A stretch of 64,000 bases of DNA. It comes from Veleropilina oligotropha. Taxonomy: Eukaryota. Position 1 is the stretch's first letter; every line of letters starts with the position of its first letter. The translations under genes were made by a program, and so were the position numbers. The notes under the pieces are model-generated. The model had not been told where the DNA came from. It saw only the letters and a list, made by a program, of their open reading frames with translations, and did no database searches. This document shows positions 42,851 through 56,029 of the stretch, one piece after another. The stretch spans positions 1-64,000 of the forward strand of contig JBEUKZ010000113.1 in the NCBI GenBank assembly GCA_048128005.1, given 5' to 3'.

Positions 42851-43636
42851 TCAGATGTAATCACATTTAATGAGGTGCAACAAATTGCTTGTTATACCGA
42901 GCTTAGTAGGAGATTGACCTGATCAGATCGAATCAGCCCCCTCTGAATGGCGTGTCGTCCACCATTTAACATCATGATTCTCAATGACGACCGAAGGAGG
43001 ATAAATATACAGGCACTTAAGACGATCGGCATTCGTAAAGAAAGCACTCGTATTTTAGTGCCAAAGATGATCGTTTTCTAATTATCGATGTCGGAATCAA
43101 GAGGAAATTGGTAAAATAAAACATTTTTGTCATTAGCAGACTAAAATGACATTGGCCGATTACGTTTGGAATAATGTCTGTAACTCGATTGCTATGTTTT
43201 CAGCGCAGTTACGGATATGGTGTTGTCTTGATTTTATTTCAATTTATTTTTGGATTAAATGATTATATACATTCATAAGACGTATTCAAAGACCACAGCC
43301 ATTCCATATTGATTTAGCGCAAGAAAAATATTAAATATTTTGACTCTATAAACCATAACAATATTATCAATAATTATGGAAATTGATGATTGTATTTTCT
43401 CTATCGGTACTCATTTATGTAAAATTGTCCCAGCAGAGTGCAATTTCATATTAAACTGTTGCGTATGACTTATGATGAGACCGGCCATTTTCATGCTTAC
43501 AACAAAAGACAATTGTATTGCACCAGCAGTATGCGAATATGTAACGATTAAAAAAATAATATTAACTTAGCTTCATATCGACAATAATTAATTTTTGCTA
43601 TGTATGCGGGTAATCTCGGCGAGATTGCTATGCATT

Positions 43637-44276
43637 TGTATGGGCAGCGGAAGGGGCAAAAAATACAAAACAAAATCAATAGACAAGATTACAAACCTAA
43701 CAATCAAAACTTCAATCAACAGACACCATTGCAAAACCAACAATCAAATCTCAAACGATCAACGGACACATGTTGCACTAAGCAGACAAAACTCAAACGA
43801 TTAGCAAACACACCCAAACAGACAAAACTCAAATGATTAACGAACACGCCAGCAGACAAAACTCAAACGAACAACGAACACACATCAGCAGACAAAACTC
43901 AAACGAACAACGAACTCGCAAACAGACGCTAGAGGGCGCGTTAACGTTTGTTTAGACAAAACTCAAACGAACTCGTAAACAGACGCTAGAGGGCGCGTTA
44001 ACGTTTGTTTCGAATCAGGAATCACAACCGAATGGCATGTCCAACAATCAAATCTCAAACGATCAACGGACATATGTTGCACCAAGCAGACAAAACTCAA
44101 ACGATTAGCGAACACACTCAAACAGACAAAATTCAAATGATTAACGAACACGCCAGCAGACGAAACTCAAACGAACATCGAACACACACCAGCAGATAAA
44201 ACTCAAACGATCAACAACTCGCAAACAGACGCTAGAGGGCGCTCGAAAATGACGTCCCCGATGTCATAGGGTATAA
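43637..44276 (+). repeat. Interspersed repeat with internal cagacaaaactcaaacga subrepeats; copy 1 of an inverted pair
   Basis: Near-identical reverse complement at 47351-47997. Confidence 0.88.
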
Positions 44277-45244
44277 TAAATCGATATACTGGTAAATTTT
44301 ACTAGTATATCGTATTAACGGCACATAGTGCCTACTTTACAGACAAACAGGGCTAACTGGCCTAATAAGCAACTAAAACGTTGCTTCAATGCAATTTTAT
44401 TGCAATATATATTCTGATCAAAAATACAATAAACGGCAAAAAGCCCAAAATGTACTTATCTATGAAGCACAGCACTGTATTTTACGCGCAATGGTCCATA
44501 TAAGCATATAAGATTGAACGGTAGCGTTATGCGCAGTGGATGTTTAAAACTGAACACGTTAATCGAAATTTTCCAATAACACTGCTCACTTTTGTCAGAT
44601 GTATACCCAAAATATTTGTAATATATTTATGCATTTTGCTATATTTGCTTAATTTTACGATGAGTTCTTAGACATCCCTATTCAATTCCGAAGATTTGCG
44701 ACCCATAACGATGAACTGTCGAAATGCTGTTAATTAAAAGCAGACGTCAACTTTACGAGCCCCGCACGTGTTTATGACATGCCAATCAATGGTTGTGTAA
44801 AATTTAATAAACAAACAACACGTGTGCGCGTTACGAGAAGCCCGAAGGTGCGGCGATCGCAACCCATAAAATACGGCATTTATGAAATGGACGAATATAA
44901 CTGGCATGGGACTGTATGTCGGACAATTCAAATGTAAACACTGAACGAAAAATACAGTTTGATATAATGACTACTTGTAAATGTCCCCAAATAATAATCC
45001 ACGAGGGGTCCAGGACCCCCCCAAGCCTCTGCAGGGTGGGTCCTGGACCCCCTCCCCGTCCATAGCAAAAAAATTGTTTTATTTGACTATAAGTTGTCAA
45101 AACATTATCTACAAACCACCGCTGACGTTGCAGTAAATGCCATTTAAGAGGATTGTATATTTAGAAAATTTCCGGGGCAGCATAACCTCGATATTTATGT
45201 CATTTGTTTCCCAAAACTATCAAATTTTTGGTATAAAAAAGGCC

Positions 45245-46704
45245 GGTAATCTTCCAGTTTAGGTACTTTAATTATTTTTAGGTACTTTAATTATTTGAAG
45301 GCTTTTTGTTATTATTTAAAGGTCCTTGTCGGTTAATAATAAAGAATGATAAGGTATTTAAAGTAAAAGTAAAAGTAAAGTACTTCATTATGTATTTTTT
45401 GTTGTCAGTTAATAATAACCCATAAGAAAGTAACAGTAAAAGTAAAGTACTTCGTTAATTTTGCATGATAACCCATAAGAAAGTAACAGTAAAAGTAAAG
45501 TACTTCGTTTGGTAATTTTGCATGACAGTATCTTCAAACATGGCAGGAAGGCCGGCAGCTCCCACTGTAATAATTGATCCGATTAATATCATTGCTGTTA
45601 ACGTTCGGAATGACGTTTACAACTTTTCAACGCTTTTGCCAGAGATTGACACCACTGCCTCATGTCTAGGATGGTTGGCTAGTCGCCGTCTCATAATGAA
45701 TTGTTTTGAATGCCCAAATTGCCAACAAATGGCTAGTTTCAGTGTTCACAACGGTAGTGTTGATGGTAGACGTTGGGTTTGTCGACGTTGCAATGTGCAC
45801 AAATCTGTCAGAGAAGGCTCCTTTTTCTCAAACAGCCACTTGACTTTGAAACAAATAATTATTTTGGTTTACTGTTGGGCGCATGACATGCCCCAATTTA
45901 TGATGGAGCATGAGTCTGAAATCGGCAGTAAAACTAGTCGTCGACTGGTGTAACTTTATTCGGGAAGAGTGCCAGGTTTGGTTAAACAACAACAGTGACG
46001 AAATTGGGGGAATGGACAACCAAGGCGATCCCATTGTGGTTGAAATTGACGAAACCAAGTATTTCCACCGTAAATATCATCGCGGGCAGTGGCGTGACGG
46101 CCACTGGGTTTTTGGTGGCATAGAAAGGGACAGTGGAAAATGTTTTCTTTTGGAAGTTCCAGATAGGTCAGCACGAACACTTGAAGCTCTCATACTGGAG
46201 TACATATTACCAGGGTCGCACATCGTATCCGATGGTTGGGCATCATACGCCAACATTCCTGCACGGAATCTATACTCACTCTGTTGTTGTGCATCAGCAG
46301 AATTTTGTTGATCCGAATGATGCGGCGGACACGCACACCCAGAATATCGAGAACATGTGGATGCGAGCTAAACGCAAGTTAAAACAACAGTTTGGCACAT
46401 CCAGAGCATTGTTTCCGTCTTATCTCCACGAATTTGTGTTCCGAGCCAGATTTAAGGATCAAGACATTTTTGCTGTTTTCCTGCAAACAGTGGCAGATAA
46501 TTATCCAATGTGACTTGTATAGCCATGAAATATTGACGTGTTCATTTAACAATTTTTTTAGAAATGGTCATTTGTTATTTTTTGGGATGTACTAAATGCA
46601 TATCATGTTTTACTGTAGAACACGACAGCTAAAATGGCTAGAAATAATTAAAGTACCTAAACTGGAAGATTAAATAATTAAAGTACCTAAACTGGAAGAT
46701 TACC
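45245..46704 (+). mobile_element. Merlin (IS1595/ISXO2-like) DNA transposon
   Basis: TIR GGTAATCTTCCAGTTTAGGTACTTTAATTATTT at both ends. 8-bp TSD AAAAGGCC at 45237-45244 and 46705-46712. Confidence 0.93.
45522..46513 (+). pseudogene. Merlin transposase with two frameshifts
   Basis: N-terminal CxxC...WxCxxC, then VEIDET, WVFGGIER, IVSDGW.SY and HTQNIENMW motifs spread over three ORF pieces. Confidence 0.9.
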
Positions 46705-47350
46705 AAAAGGCCACTATACAGCCCAGAGTGCAGGAAAACGCATCTAAGCCTCCTACAACTAAAAATTTCAGGGGGAGCATGCCCCAGGACCCCCCTAAAA
46801 TTTTCGGGCCATACGCGCCCTCAATACTCACGGCCTTCGGCCATTCGTGGGACCCTGCTAAAATTTTCCTGGATCCGCCCCAGCAGGGCCTAATTCAGTA
46901 TTATTAAGTCACATTTAGTTACGTTCTATTATGATTTTGAGAATCTACAGCAGTGACAAATAATCTCAGACTGACGTTGGCAAGCTAGTAAAAGTTAGTG
47001 AATTTCAGACAGCTTACCGTGACATCATACACGTTCTTTTTCATACTGGCATGCACCTTTCCCACCATAATCCCATCCTTGTACTGAAATGACTCCACAT
47101 GTCCAGATTTGTAGTGGTTTTCCCCACGTTTTAGTGATTTTTATTCATCAATAAAAAAGTACAACAAAGGAGTAATGCTAACGGCGGCCATTTTGTATAT
47201 TGTTTAGAACCAGGAAATAGGTTGCTATGGCGCGGTTACGTCATCACTTGAGTACTCTATTTGATGGATGACCAAGTCATCGAATCCTGGCTGGGCGCTG
47301 TAGACAAAACCATCTGCTTCGATAGAGACATTAAAGAGGCACTGACAGTC

Positions 47351-47997
47351 TGTATACCCTACGTCATTTTCGAGTGCCCTCTAGCGTCTGTTTGCGAGTT
47401 GTTGATCGTTTGAGTTTTATCTGCTGGTGTGTGTTCGATGTTCGTTTGAGTTTTGTCTGCTGGGGTGTTCGTTAATCATTTGAATTTTGTCTGTTTGAGT
47501 GTGTTCGCTAATCGTTTGAGTTTTGTCTGCTTGGTGCAACATATGTCCGTTGATCGTTTGAGATTTGATTGTTGGACATGCCATTCAGTTGTGATTCCTG
47601 ATTCGAAACAAACGTTAACGCGCCCTCTAGCGTCTGTTTGCGAGTTCGTTGTTCGTTTGAGTTTTGTCTAAACAAACGTTAACGCGCCCTCTAACGTCTG
47701 TTTGCGAGTTCGTTGTTCGTTTGAGTTTTGTCTGCTGATGTGTGTTCGTTGTTCGTTTGAGTTTTGTCTGCTGGCGTGTTCGTTAATCATTTGAGTTTTG
47801 TCTGTTTGGGTGTGTTTGCTAATCGTTTGAGTTTTGTCTGCTTAGTGCAACATGTGTCCGTTGATCGTTTGAGATTTGATTGTTGGTTTTGCAATGGTGT
47901 CTGTTGATTGAAGTTTTGATTGTTAGGTTTGTAATCTTGTCTATTGATTTTGTTTTGTATTTTTTGCCCGTTCCGCTGCCCATACATTTGTATACCC
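47351..47997 (-). repeat. Copy 2 (inverted) of the 43637-44276 repeat
   Basis: Reverse complement match; bounded by the direct repeat tgtataccc. Confidence 0.88.
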
Positions 47998-48070
47998 AAA
48001 TATTCATAGCAATGCTTGATGTGCTTTCCATGTGTATTAATAAAATATATTTTAACAGTTTGATTGAAGA

Positions 48071-48329
48071 GGAGGAGGAATTATGCTTAATGTCCTGTAT
48101 GTTTATAACATCGAGGTTCAAGGCAGGACATGTCCGTGTTATCGCGGGAGGAAACCCCGGTCGCCGGGTAAACCCGCCCTCTTCGGCCAGTCACGGACAA
48201 CTGTGCTTCATAACTTGAACAAATGTGTGCTGCCTCAGCCGGGGGTCGATCCCACTACTGTTCGCGTCAGCTGAAACAAGCCAGTGAAGTTAGAGTGGAC
48301 ACTCTACAAAATGCGCTACCGAAGCGGCC
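48071..48329 (-). mobile_element. tRNA-derived SINE with a V-domain-like core
   Basis: A/B-box-like head and (CCT)n tail; TSD TTGATTGAAGA. Confidence 0.85.
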
Positions 48330-49681
48330 TTGATTGAAGATGTTGGTTGTTTTCGAAATGATAATGAAAACAGAGATAATATAAAATTCGGGTATTTAAC
48401 ATGGAAATATCTTGTATGTAAAACATGTCAATTTTCTCAGATAAATTTAGCTTTATGACTGTGGTTTTCTTGAAATGAACTTAGCAATGCATTATAAAGA
48501 GTTGGTGTTGGATGTTACCATCACCCAAGAGTTGGACGTTGCTAGGGAATTGATCAGTTTGTTCGCTGGCATATCTCAAAAACCAATTGTCTAGTTTACC
48601 TGATTATTTTTTGCAAAATGGTATATACACATGGTATGGTTCACCTTGCATTTGAATTTTGTGTGACAAATTTTCGATTTTCGGCATATAGCGTTAAAAT
48701 CTGCTTTGGGGAGATTTTCCGTCAACGACCTCGTTTCACTTTAATTTACATGGTTAGTGTGACATCCGTTTCTGTAAGAGTGTATTTTTATATCTGATCT
48801 CACCAACCTAGTCCTATGTTAAGACGCAGTTCAAAATCTATTAGACTGTGTCTAAATTTCATTTCACCACGGATGAGGTCGACATTCACCGATTTGCGTC
48901 TAGCTAGACGCAGTGGTATTTGTAGAATCGGTCTAAACATTATTTCATTTCACAAACGTTGGCTATAGGCTATCTGACAGGGCTTGAATTTAGACGAATC
49001 TTAACGATATTGAGAATATAAGTCGTTGTAGGTGCGTGTCTCCGGAAAGTATAAACTATTTCCGCATTTATAACTACAGAGAATTCAGTTGCAGGTTCAG
49101 AGTGGGCAAAGAAATAACAAACAATATAATTGCAATTATAATAATATAGTTTTTGACCAGATCGCACATGCAATTTTTATTTACGCGCATCTTTACTAAA
49201 TTTGTAAAACTTATAAATGGTTAGACCATAAATGACCTATGGATATCATCATCGCGGCGAGTGTTTGCATACACGGAAAGCGTTGTTTCAATGAGAGCGA
49301 CATATTTTCAGGTGTTGGTATGCCCATAATTAGTTATCAATAAGCAGCCACTATTTTCTTAATTGTGTTGCTTACCAGGCTGTAATCAGCTGAATAGTTA
49401 CGTATCAACTCAGTTGAGGAGCATCGTTGTAAACAGCTGACTTAAAGAGCGCCTTAATGATATCCAATTCTGAGAGACTCTTAATTATTCACGAGGGTCG
49501 TTTAGGGATCACAATTTTAGTGTTATCATTTCGCTTGTAGTTTCGAGAGATAATAATGCGAATCATTCATGTTTCTTTGTTAATGTATGCTTAAGAGATC
49601 TCCACATTTATTTTCATGCAAAAGAAAATGTGAATCAACGCTTATTGTTTCAATACTATTTAGGGTTATATCAACATATGT

Positions 49682-49941
49682 GGGGGTGGGGAATTATACT
49701 TAATGTTCTGTATATTTATAACATCGAGGTTCAAGGCAGGACATGTCCGTGTTATCGCGGGAGGAAACCTCGGTCGCCGGGTAAACCCGCCCTCTTCGGC
49801 CAGTCACGGACAACTGTGCTTCATAACTTGAACAAATGTGTGCTGCCGCAGCCGGGGGTCGATCCCACTACTGTTCGCGTCAGCGGAAACAAGCCAGTGA
49901 ATTTAGAGTGGACACTCTACCCACTGCGCTACCGAAGCGGC
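49682..49941 (-). mobile_element. tRNA-derived SINE, same family
   Basis: Near-identical to the 48071 copy; TSD TCAACATATGT. Confidence 0.85.
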
Positions 49942-51835
49942 TCAACATATGTCCGCACCGGACAATGGTGACTGTTCATTAAACAAATTGCCCAACAGAG
50001 GATTCAACCATTGACGTATTTGCACACCGCAGCCGCTAGATGGCGCGCAAGTAAATGTAGACACTCCTACTCGTGACGTAATTGATACAATGCCATGTCG
50101 GCCGCCGAGGCAAATCAGAAATATGAAATGTGCGCGAACCAGGGACGCGGAGCTTAGCTACCGGATGTCTCACTGCTCAATGGCGCCCCCAGTGGTAGTA
50201 GTACCGCCGATAACTCATTCATGCGAGCAGTGATGCGAGTGAATTGAGATGTCATATCCATTACACCAACAGTGCGGATGTAATTATTGATGTGTATGTC
50301 CTATAATATTGTCATTATATCATGAACAAATTTACTACAGAGATACCTATCGCATGACTCCTTCCATAAAACGTTCCCAATCACACAAATTATCTTCGTG
50401 AAACATATCGTAAATCTGATGAGCCAGAATCTGAACCTATTTGTATTCGTGTATGAACACATTAGTTGATATTAACACAAGATTTGAATTAGGAATAACT
50501 GATTAATGACCATTCACCATTAACGATTTACTATAAACGATATCTTAGCATTACCGTATTGACCGAGATTTTATCGTTGTAGTCTTACAGTGCATAAATC
50601 TCAACACCACATTATGACAACTGTAAAATAGTGACACCGAAAAATGACCAAAATAATGACACCAAATAATTGGCAAAATATGATAGCGTCATCAACGGGC
50701 ACATGTCTTCCATTGTTGTATTAATAATTCTTCGCTCACTCGAGCCATAGACAAAGCTCAAGGTCAAGGTCAAGGTCAGTCGGGCGACGAACGACGCAAC
50801 CGATTGGAAAAGAGCATGAAATGCATCAAATACGAAAATGTTGTAATTTTCGCCGGAAAATATGTTATACATATAATTTAAAGCAGGAACTATAAGATAG
50901 TGAAATGTTTTACTAAACTACAAGGTCTAAATACCACATTAGAAAATGATGAACCACTCCTTTAATAACGATAAATGAAATAGTCGTAATAGGTGAAATG
51001 TCCGTTCAAAGGTTTTCAGATGTTTAAGTTAACACCGTTCATGTTCATGTTCAAACGTTTCTGGTCAATGAAAAAACACCCTAATGCCCCTTTCCTTTTG
51101 TAATTATCGTTTAAAAGCGCAGTTAGAACGCATAGGTTCTTATTAAAGTGAAATATGAAAATCTAATGAAATGCATTTCGCTGACCGCCCTTTGATATCC
51201 ACTCTTTGGCGCCGATACTTAACACTTTGATTGGCTTGGGTACCGGCGACCAATTATTGATTATATTTCAAGAGTAATGATTCAACGCTGCCATGTCTAT
51301 CACTTTCGTAATTACTGAACTTTGTAACCGTAAAAGAAACCTAAATACCCTTTAATTAAGGAAGGTCTTAAACGATTAATCCAAGCACGAGAAACTGAGA
51401 CGAAGGCATTGTCGAAAGCGCACGGTAATTGGTCACTCAACCATCGCATCGTTTGCTATGATAGTGTGTTGCCTTTGCACGCTTATTGGAACTATGTGCT
51501 TAGGTCTGCTCATCGGAGGCTGAAGTTTTTGTCATTAATTCCTTCAAGAAATCTAATTGACAGGAGCGCTTAACCCGGAGCTAAAAGAAGTCAGGAGAGA
51601 CAATCCTTGCAATAACATATGGTTAAGACCTGATAAGCGGATAGTCAAAGTTAAAGCCAAGATAGCCTATGTTACGGACACTAATTAGGCCTATACTGAT
51701 CCGGAGGAGTAATCAAGTTATTTGTGTTGACCCCACGTGGGTTACTTGATTGATAACAAACAGCACGTGTTTATAGTAGACAAACTAAATAACGGAAATT
51801 CGTTACTAGCCACTCACGGCATCATTCCGTCAAAT

Positions 51836-52267
51836 ATGTCGAGCGTATCGCAACTAACGTCAACGACTCCCGATCAGAACTATACGGGAGCCAATGGTAC
51901 CGATCAATCTTCTATTGACCTCTTTGACAATATTTCCACAACTCCTCTCTGCACCAACCAATATTGTCTATCGGACGAAGACTATGTGGACTCCGTATAC
52001 GAACACATCTTTCCAACGGCAGTGGAGTGGATATTCATATGTTTGCATATCGCCGTTTTTATTGCTGGTCTTTTCGGCAATTCTCTCGTGTTTTATGTTG
52101 TGGTCAAGCATCGTCACATGAGGACGGTGACCAATCTGCTCATCATGAACCTTGCTGTGGCTGACTTTCTGGTCATCTTGATCTGTCTCCCGCCGACTCT
52201 TCTTCATGACACAATGGAAACCTGGTTCGTTGGAGAGGCCATGTGCAAGATAGTGATATTTTTACAG
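51836..52267 (+). CDS. First coding exon of an orexin/allatotropin receptor-like class A GPCR (N-terminus to TM3)
   Basis: CTNQYCLSDEDY...IFPT..EW, GNSLV, HMRTVTN..IMNLAVAD, CLPPTL and W..G..MCK motifs. GT donor (gtgag) at 52268. Confidence 0.9.
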
Positions 52268-52566
52268 GTGAGTTTTTACAGATATAATCATTGTGATGCA
52301 ATTTGGTATGTCTGACATGCTAACATTATTTGAAACAAGAAATGTTATGACCTGGAATGACCATGTTAGATGCGAAGAGCAACAATAACTATGAGAATAA
52401 TAACCTGGACATGCATCAGTATCATTGCATATCACATTACTTTTGGATATTTCACCTGTTTACGAATTAACGCGACGTGTGACGACCCAGTAGATGCGAA
52501 CCCCAACATAAAACTACTTTAACATTTCAATGTCTTTCCATAAATTTGTCGCAAAACTTGTGATAG

Positions 52567-52832
52567 GAGGAGGAGGAGGAATGATGCTTATTGTCCTGTA
52601 TATTTACAACATCGAGGTTCAAAGCAGGACATGTCCGTGTTATCGCGGGAGGAAACCTGGTCGCCCGGGTAAACCCACCCTCTTCGGCCAGTCGCGGACA
52701 ACTGTGATTCATAACTTGAACAAATGTCAATGCCTCAGCCAGGTATTGAACCCACTACTGTTCGCATTAGCGGAATCAAGCCAGTGAATTTAGAGTGGAC
52801 ACTCTTACCCACTGCGCTGCCGAAGTGGCCCG
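52567..52832 (-). mobile_element. tRNA-derived SINE, same family (intronic)
   Basis: TSD ACTTGTGATAG. Confidence 0.85.
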
Positions 52833-53684
52833 ACTTGTGATAGATAGCAATTTGGAAACAAAAATGGAAATATATTTCATCATGGTAAATCCATAAACAT
52901 AAATACTGGAGATTTGTTAGAAGTGATGCTCAGAATGCATTGTTGTGAGGTCTGCGGGTCATCATGACGAATTATGCATCATTCCATATAAGTCAATTGA
53001 CAGGTGTAGAACAACATTGATTTTTTAATGTTCATTTTATTTGTACCGTATCAGAATAATTGTATTGCATATATTTGCATTGTTTGTTCGATTTAATTTG
53101 ATATTGAGTTTGATGTATCAATTACCTATGTAGTTATATTGTGGTAATACTCGTGTTGGTGAACTGATCATTCATTCTAAAATATTGTTGGTGCCATTTA
53201 AGATCGGAGTATCTAGAGACACCAAACGGCTTCCACCGGTAATGAACCACCGTGACTTAATTATTACTCCGGTGTGTCTTCTAGGTCTAGAAACAACCAA
53301 CGCAGTCAAATTAATATGTTTGAGATTTGCGTGTTCTCAAGTGAAATGATCAATTTAGCATCCGAACATGCGTCTCTAATGAAGTGAAATGATATATAAA
53401 TTCTAAATATTTAAAGAATACTGTAGACTATTGTTTCAATGACTGTTAGAGACACTGAATTGCTTGGCTATATTAACAGAGAATGTATCATAGATTGGTA
53501 ATCTCATTACAAAACATGAATGTAGTTAATGTATATATACTTTTGTACGGATGATTCACATTATACGTTTCTGTGCTACATTCAACATGTACCACTCAAA
53601 AGTATTGTCTTCAATATCGACAAAAAAACACACAGACAAGCGTACTCAATGGCAATACCCTCGAACCTTTCTCCTGAGGCGATG

Positions 53685-53950
53685 AGGCCGCTTCGGCAGC
53701 GCAGTGAGTAGAGTGTCCACTATAAGTTCACTGGCTTGATTCCGCTAATGCGAACAGTAGTGGGTTCAATACTTGGCTGAGGCATTGAACTTTGTTCAAG
53801 TTATGAATCACAGTTGTCCGTGACTGGCCGACGAGGGCGGGTTTACCCGGGCGACCGGGGTTTCCTCCCGCGATAACACGGACATGTCCTGCTTTGAACC
53901 TCGATGTTGTAAATATACAGGACATTAAGCATCATTCCTCCTCCTCCTCA
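53685..53950 (+). mobile_element. tRNA-derived SINE, same family (intronic)
   Basis: GGCAGCGCAGTGAG (A box) and GGTTCAATAC (B box), (CCT)n tail; TSD TGAGGCGATG. Confidence 0.85.
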
Positions 53951-56029
53951 TGAGGCGATGGTTCTTGTTGTACAGCGAGTTATTTAAAAATAGCATGAGA
54001 ATAATTTATTTTAAACTTTCTGATTATTAACATCTACGCAATGTTTGAAATCTGATATTGCATCAAAACATGTTTTGATGTTTATGGACTTAACATCATG
54101 CAGAGCTCTGATTACAGATACGATATTGCGCGTGTCGCTTAAGTAATGGCATCTCAAATCAAATACGACTAGTTCAAAGAAATTATCCAACTATTTTAGG
54201 CACTTGAATAATGGTCAAATACATCGTCTGTGACAATTTCACATGAATGGTAATTATGCAATATCCTAAATAATACCAAACATATTTTACGTATAATATC
54301 ATCCAATCATTTCATCTTTTATCGGCCGCTCCGATATTCGTATGGTTTCCATTGCAGACTCCGATAATCACAGGTTTGATTTCGTTGATACATTATAACC
54401 CGGGGGCCAAGACCACGTTTTTTAGGTAAGGTGGACACCATCTGCTGTAAAGGGATGGTGGCTATTTTTCATCAATATGGACCCCCTGGAACACATCTAG
54501 GGTGGCCACCCTTCTGGAAAATCCACAGGGACTCTTTTTCGAATCGATTTATGGTCTTATTCCATCTCTGTAATTTCACCGAAAAATGATAGATTGTGTC
54601 TTATTAGTGCAGCAGAATGATGAAACAATTGTGGGTTTTATGGCAAAAGCACCCAATTTGCCAGAAATGCAAGTCAGGAAGAATACACAAAAAGTATATA
54701 TGGACCTCCGTGTGAAAATCCAATATGGCCCCCAAAAATTCAAGATGGTCGCCCAAACCATCAAAAATGGTAAAATTAACTATATTTGTTAACAATAATG
54801 CGCAATATTTTGCTCCTAAAATAAGATTTAGTCTACACTACCAACTCTGTAAGCTTTATCCAAGCAAAAAATCCAACATGGCTGCCAAAAAATCAAAAAG
54901 GTTTTCCATAATTAATGAAAATGGTGTATTGCACCATATTACTTGATATACGGTATTTAACTATATCTGTTAACAATAATGTGCGGTTATTTACGTTTTG
55001 CTCATAAAATAAGCTTAGCTAGTGTACACTACTAACTCTGAAAGCTTTTTTATCAAACAAAAATCCAACATGGCTGCCAGAAATCAAAATGGCTACCAAA
55101 ATACATGAAAATGGTACATTTCACCATATTGTTTCGCAATAATGTACATTTGTTTAGACTAAAAAAATGAGATATTTGGCATCGTTTCAAACTTAGCATC
55201 AGAATCATTTTTGTTTAGCCAGACACGATCACAAACCAAGTTTCAAACTCAGTCAAAGAATTAAAGACCAGAGCATGGAAACAAAGCAGGCGCACCCATT
55301 TTCAGGCTATAGGGTATCTTCAACCAACAGCACTTTAATATTAATTACTGCTCTTTCTACAATATTATCTCGTAAGTCTGATGAATGCAAGGGCACATTT
55401 TCTCAAATTTTAAGGGAGTAATGCACCCCTTAATACCCCACCTCCCAATTCGTGTCGCCCGTTCGGAAAATGATAAACGGTAATACCGTATCATATTATA
55501 ATGACAATCAGACACATATACCCCCTTTCGCATTTTGAGACTGATAAACAGCTAGTGAAATAATTTCTTATTACAATCATGGTCAATATATCTAACGCAC
55601 AACTTGCTAATATCTGCTATTGGACCAAAGAAGTACCGTTTGCTTCTTTTCATGCACTCTTACAATGTCATGTCTTAGAATAAGATACAATACAATTTTC
55701 GCAGAACCTTGATGATGGCCAATCCGAACCATCTGAAGAACTAGTGAAATCTAGGCAAGCATTGGTTATCATTCAATGCTTGTGAAGGTGGTAAAGATTA
55801 CACATTGGCAAGTATTCGAATACAGAAGCTGATGAATTTCACAGCATGTTCACCAAATAACCAAACATCGCAATAAAAAAATATGCTATTCCAGATTCAA
55901 ATGGAAAGTTGGCAATACATTGGAACTGCAGCCAATAATGGCGACATGTGGCGATATGGCCGAGATACGAACAGTCGGCATTGTTTGATACAATCTCTAT
56001 TATGCAGTCATATACCGCGATTGCTCTTA

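Noticed and set aside
43700..44240. CRISPR-like array (repeated cagacaaaactcaaacga with variable spacers)
   Set aside because: The spacers are related to one another and irregular in length, there are no cas genes, and the context is eukaryotic.
45245..46704. Bacterial IS1595 contamination
   Set aside because: It is embedded with a TSD among animal repeats and fits eukaryotic Merlin.
51737..52315. The full 192-aa ORF as the GPCR
   Set aside because: The upstream part starts at GTG without receptor similarity, and the last codons run past the splice donor at 52268.
53685..53790. tRNA gene
   Set aside because: It is a SINE head: no complete cloverleaf, and it is followed by the SINE body, tail and TSD.
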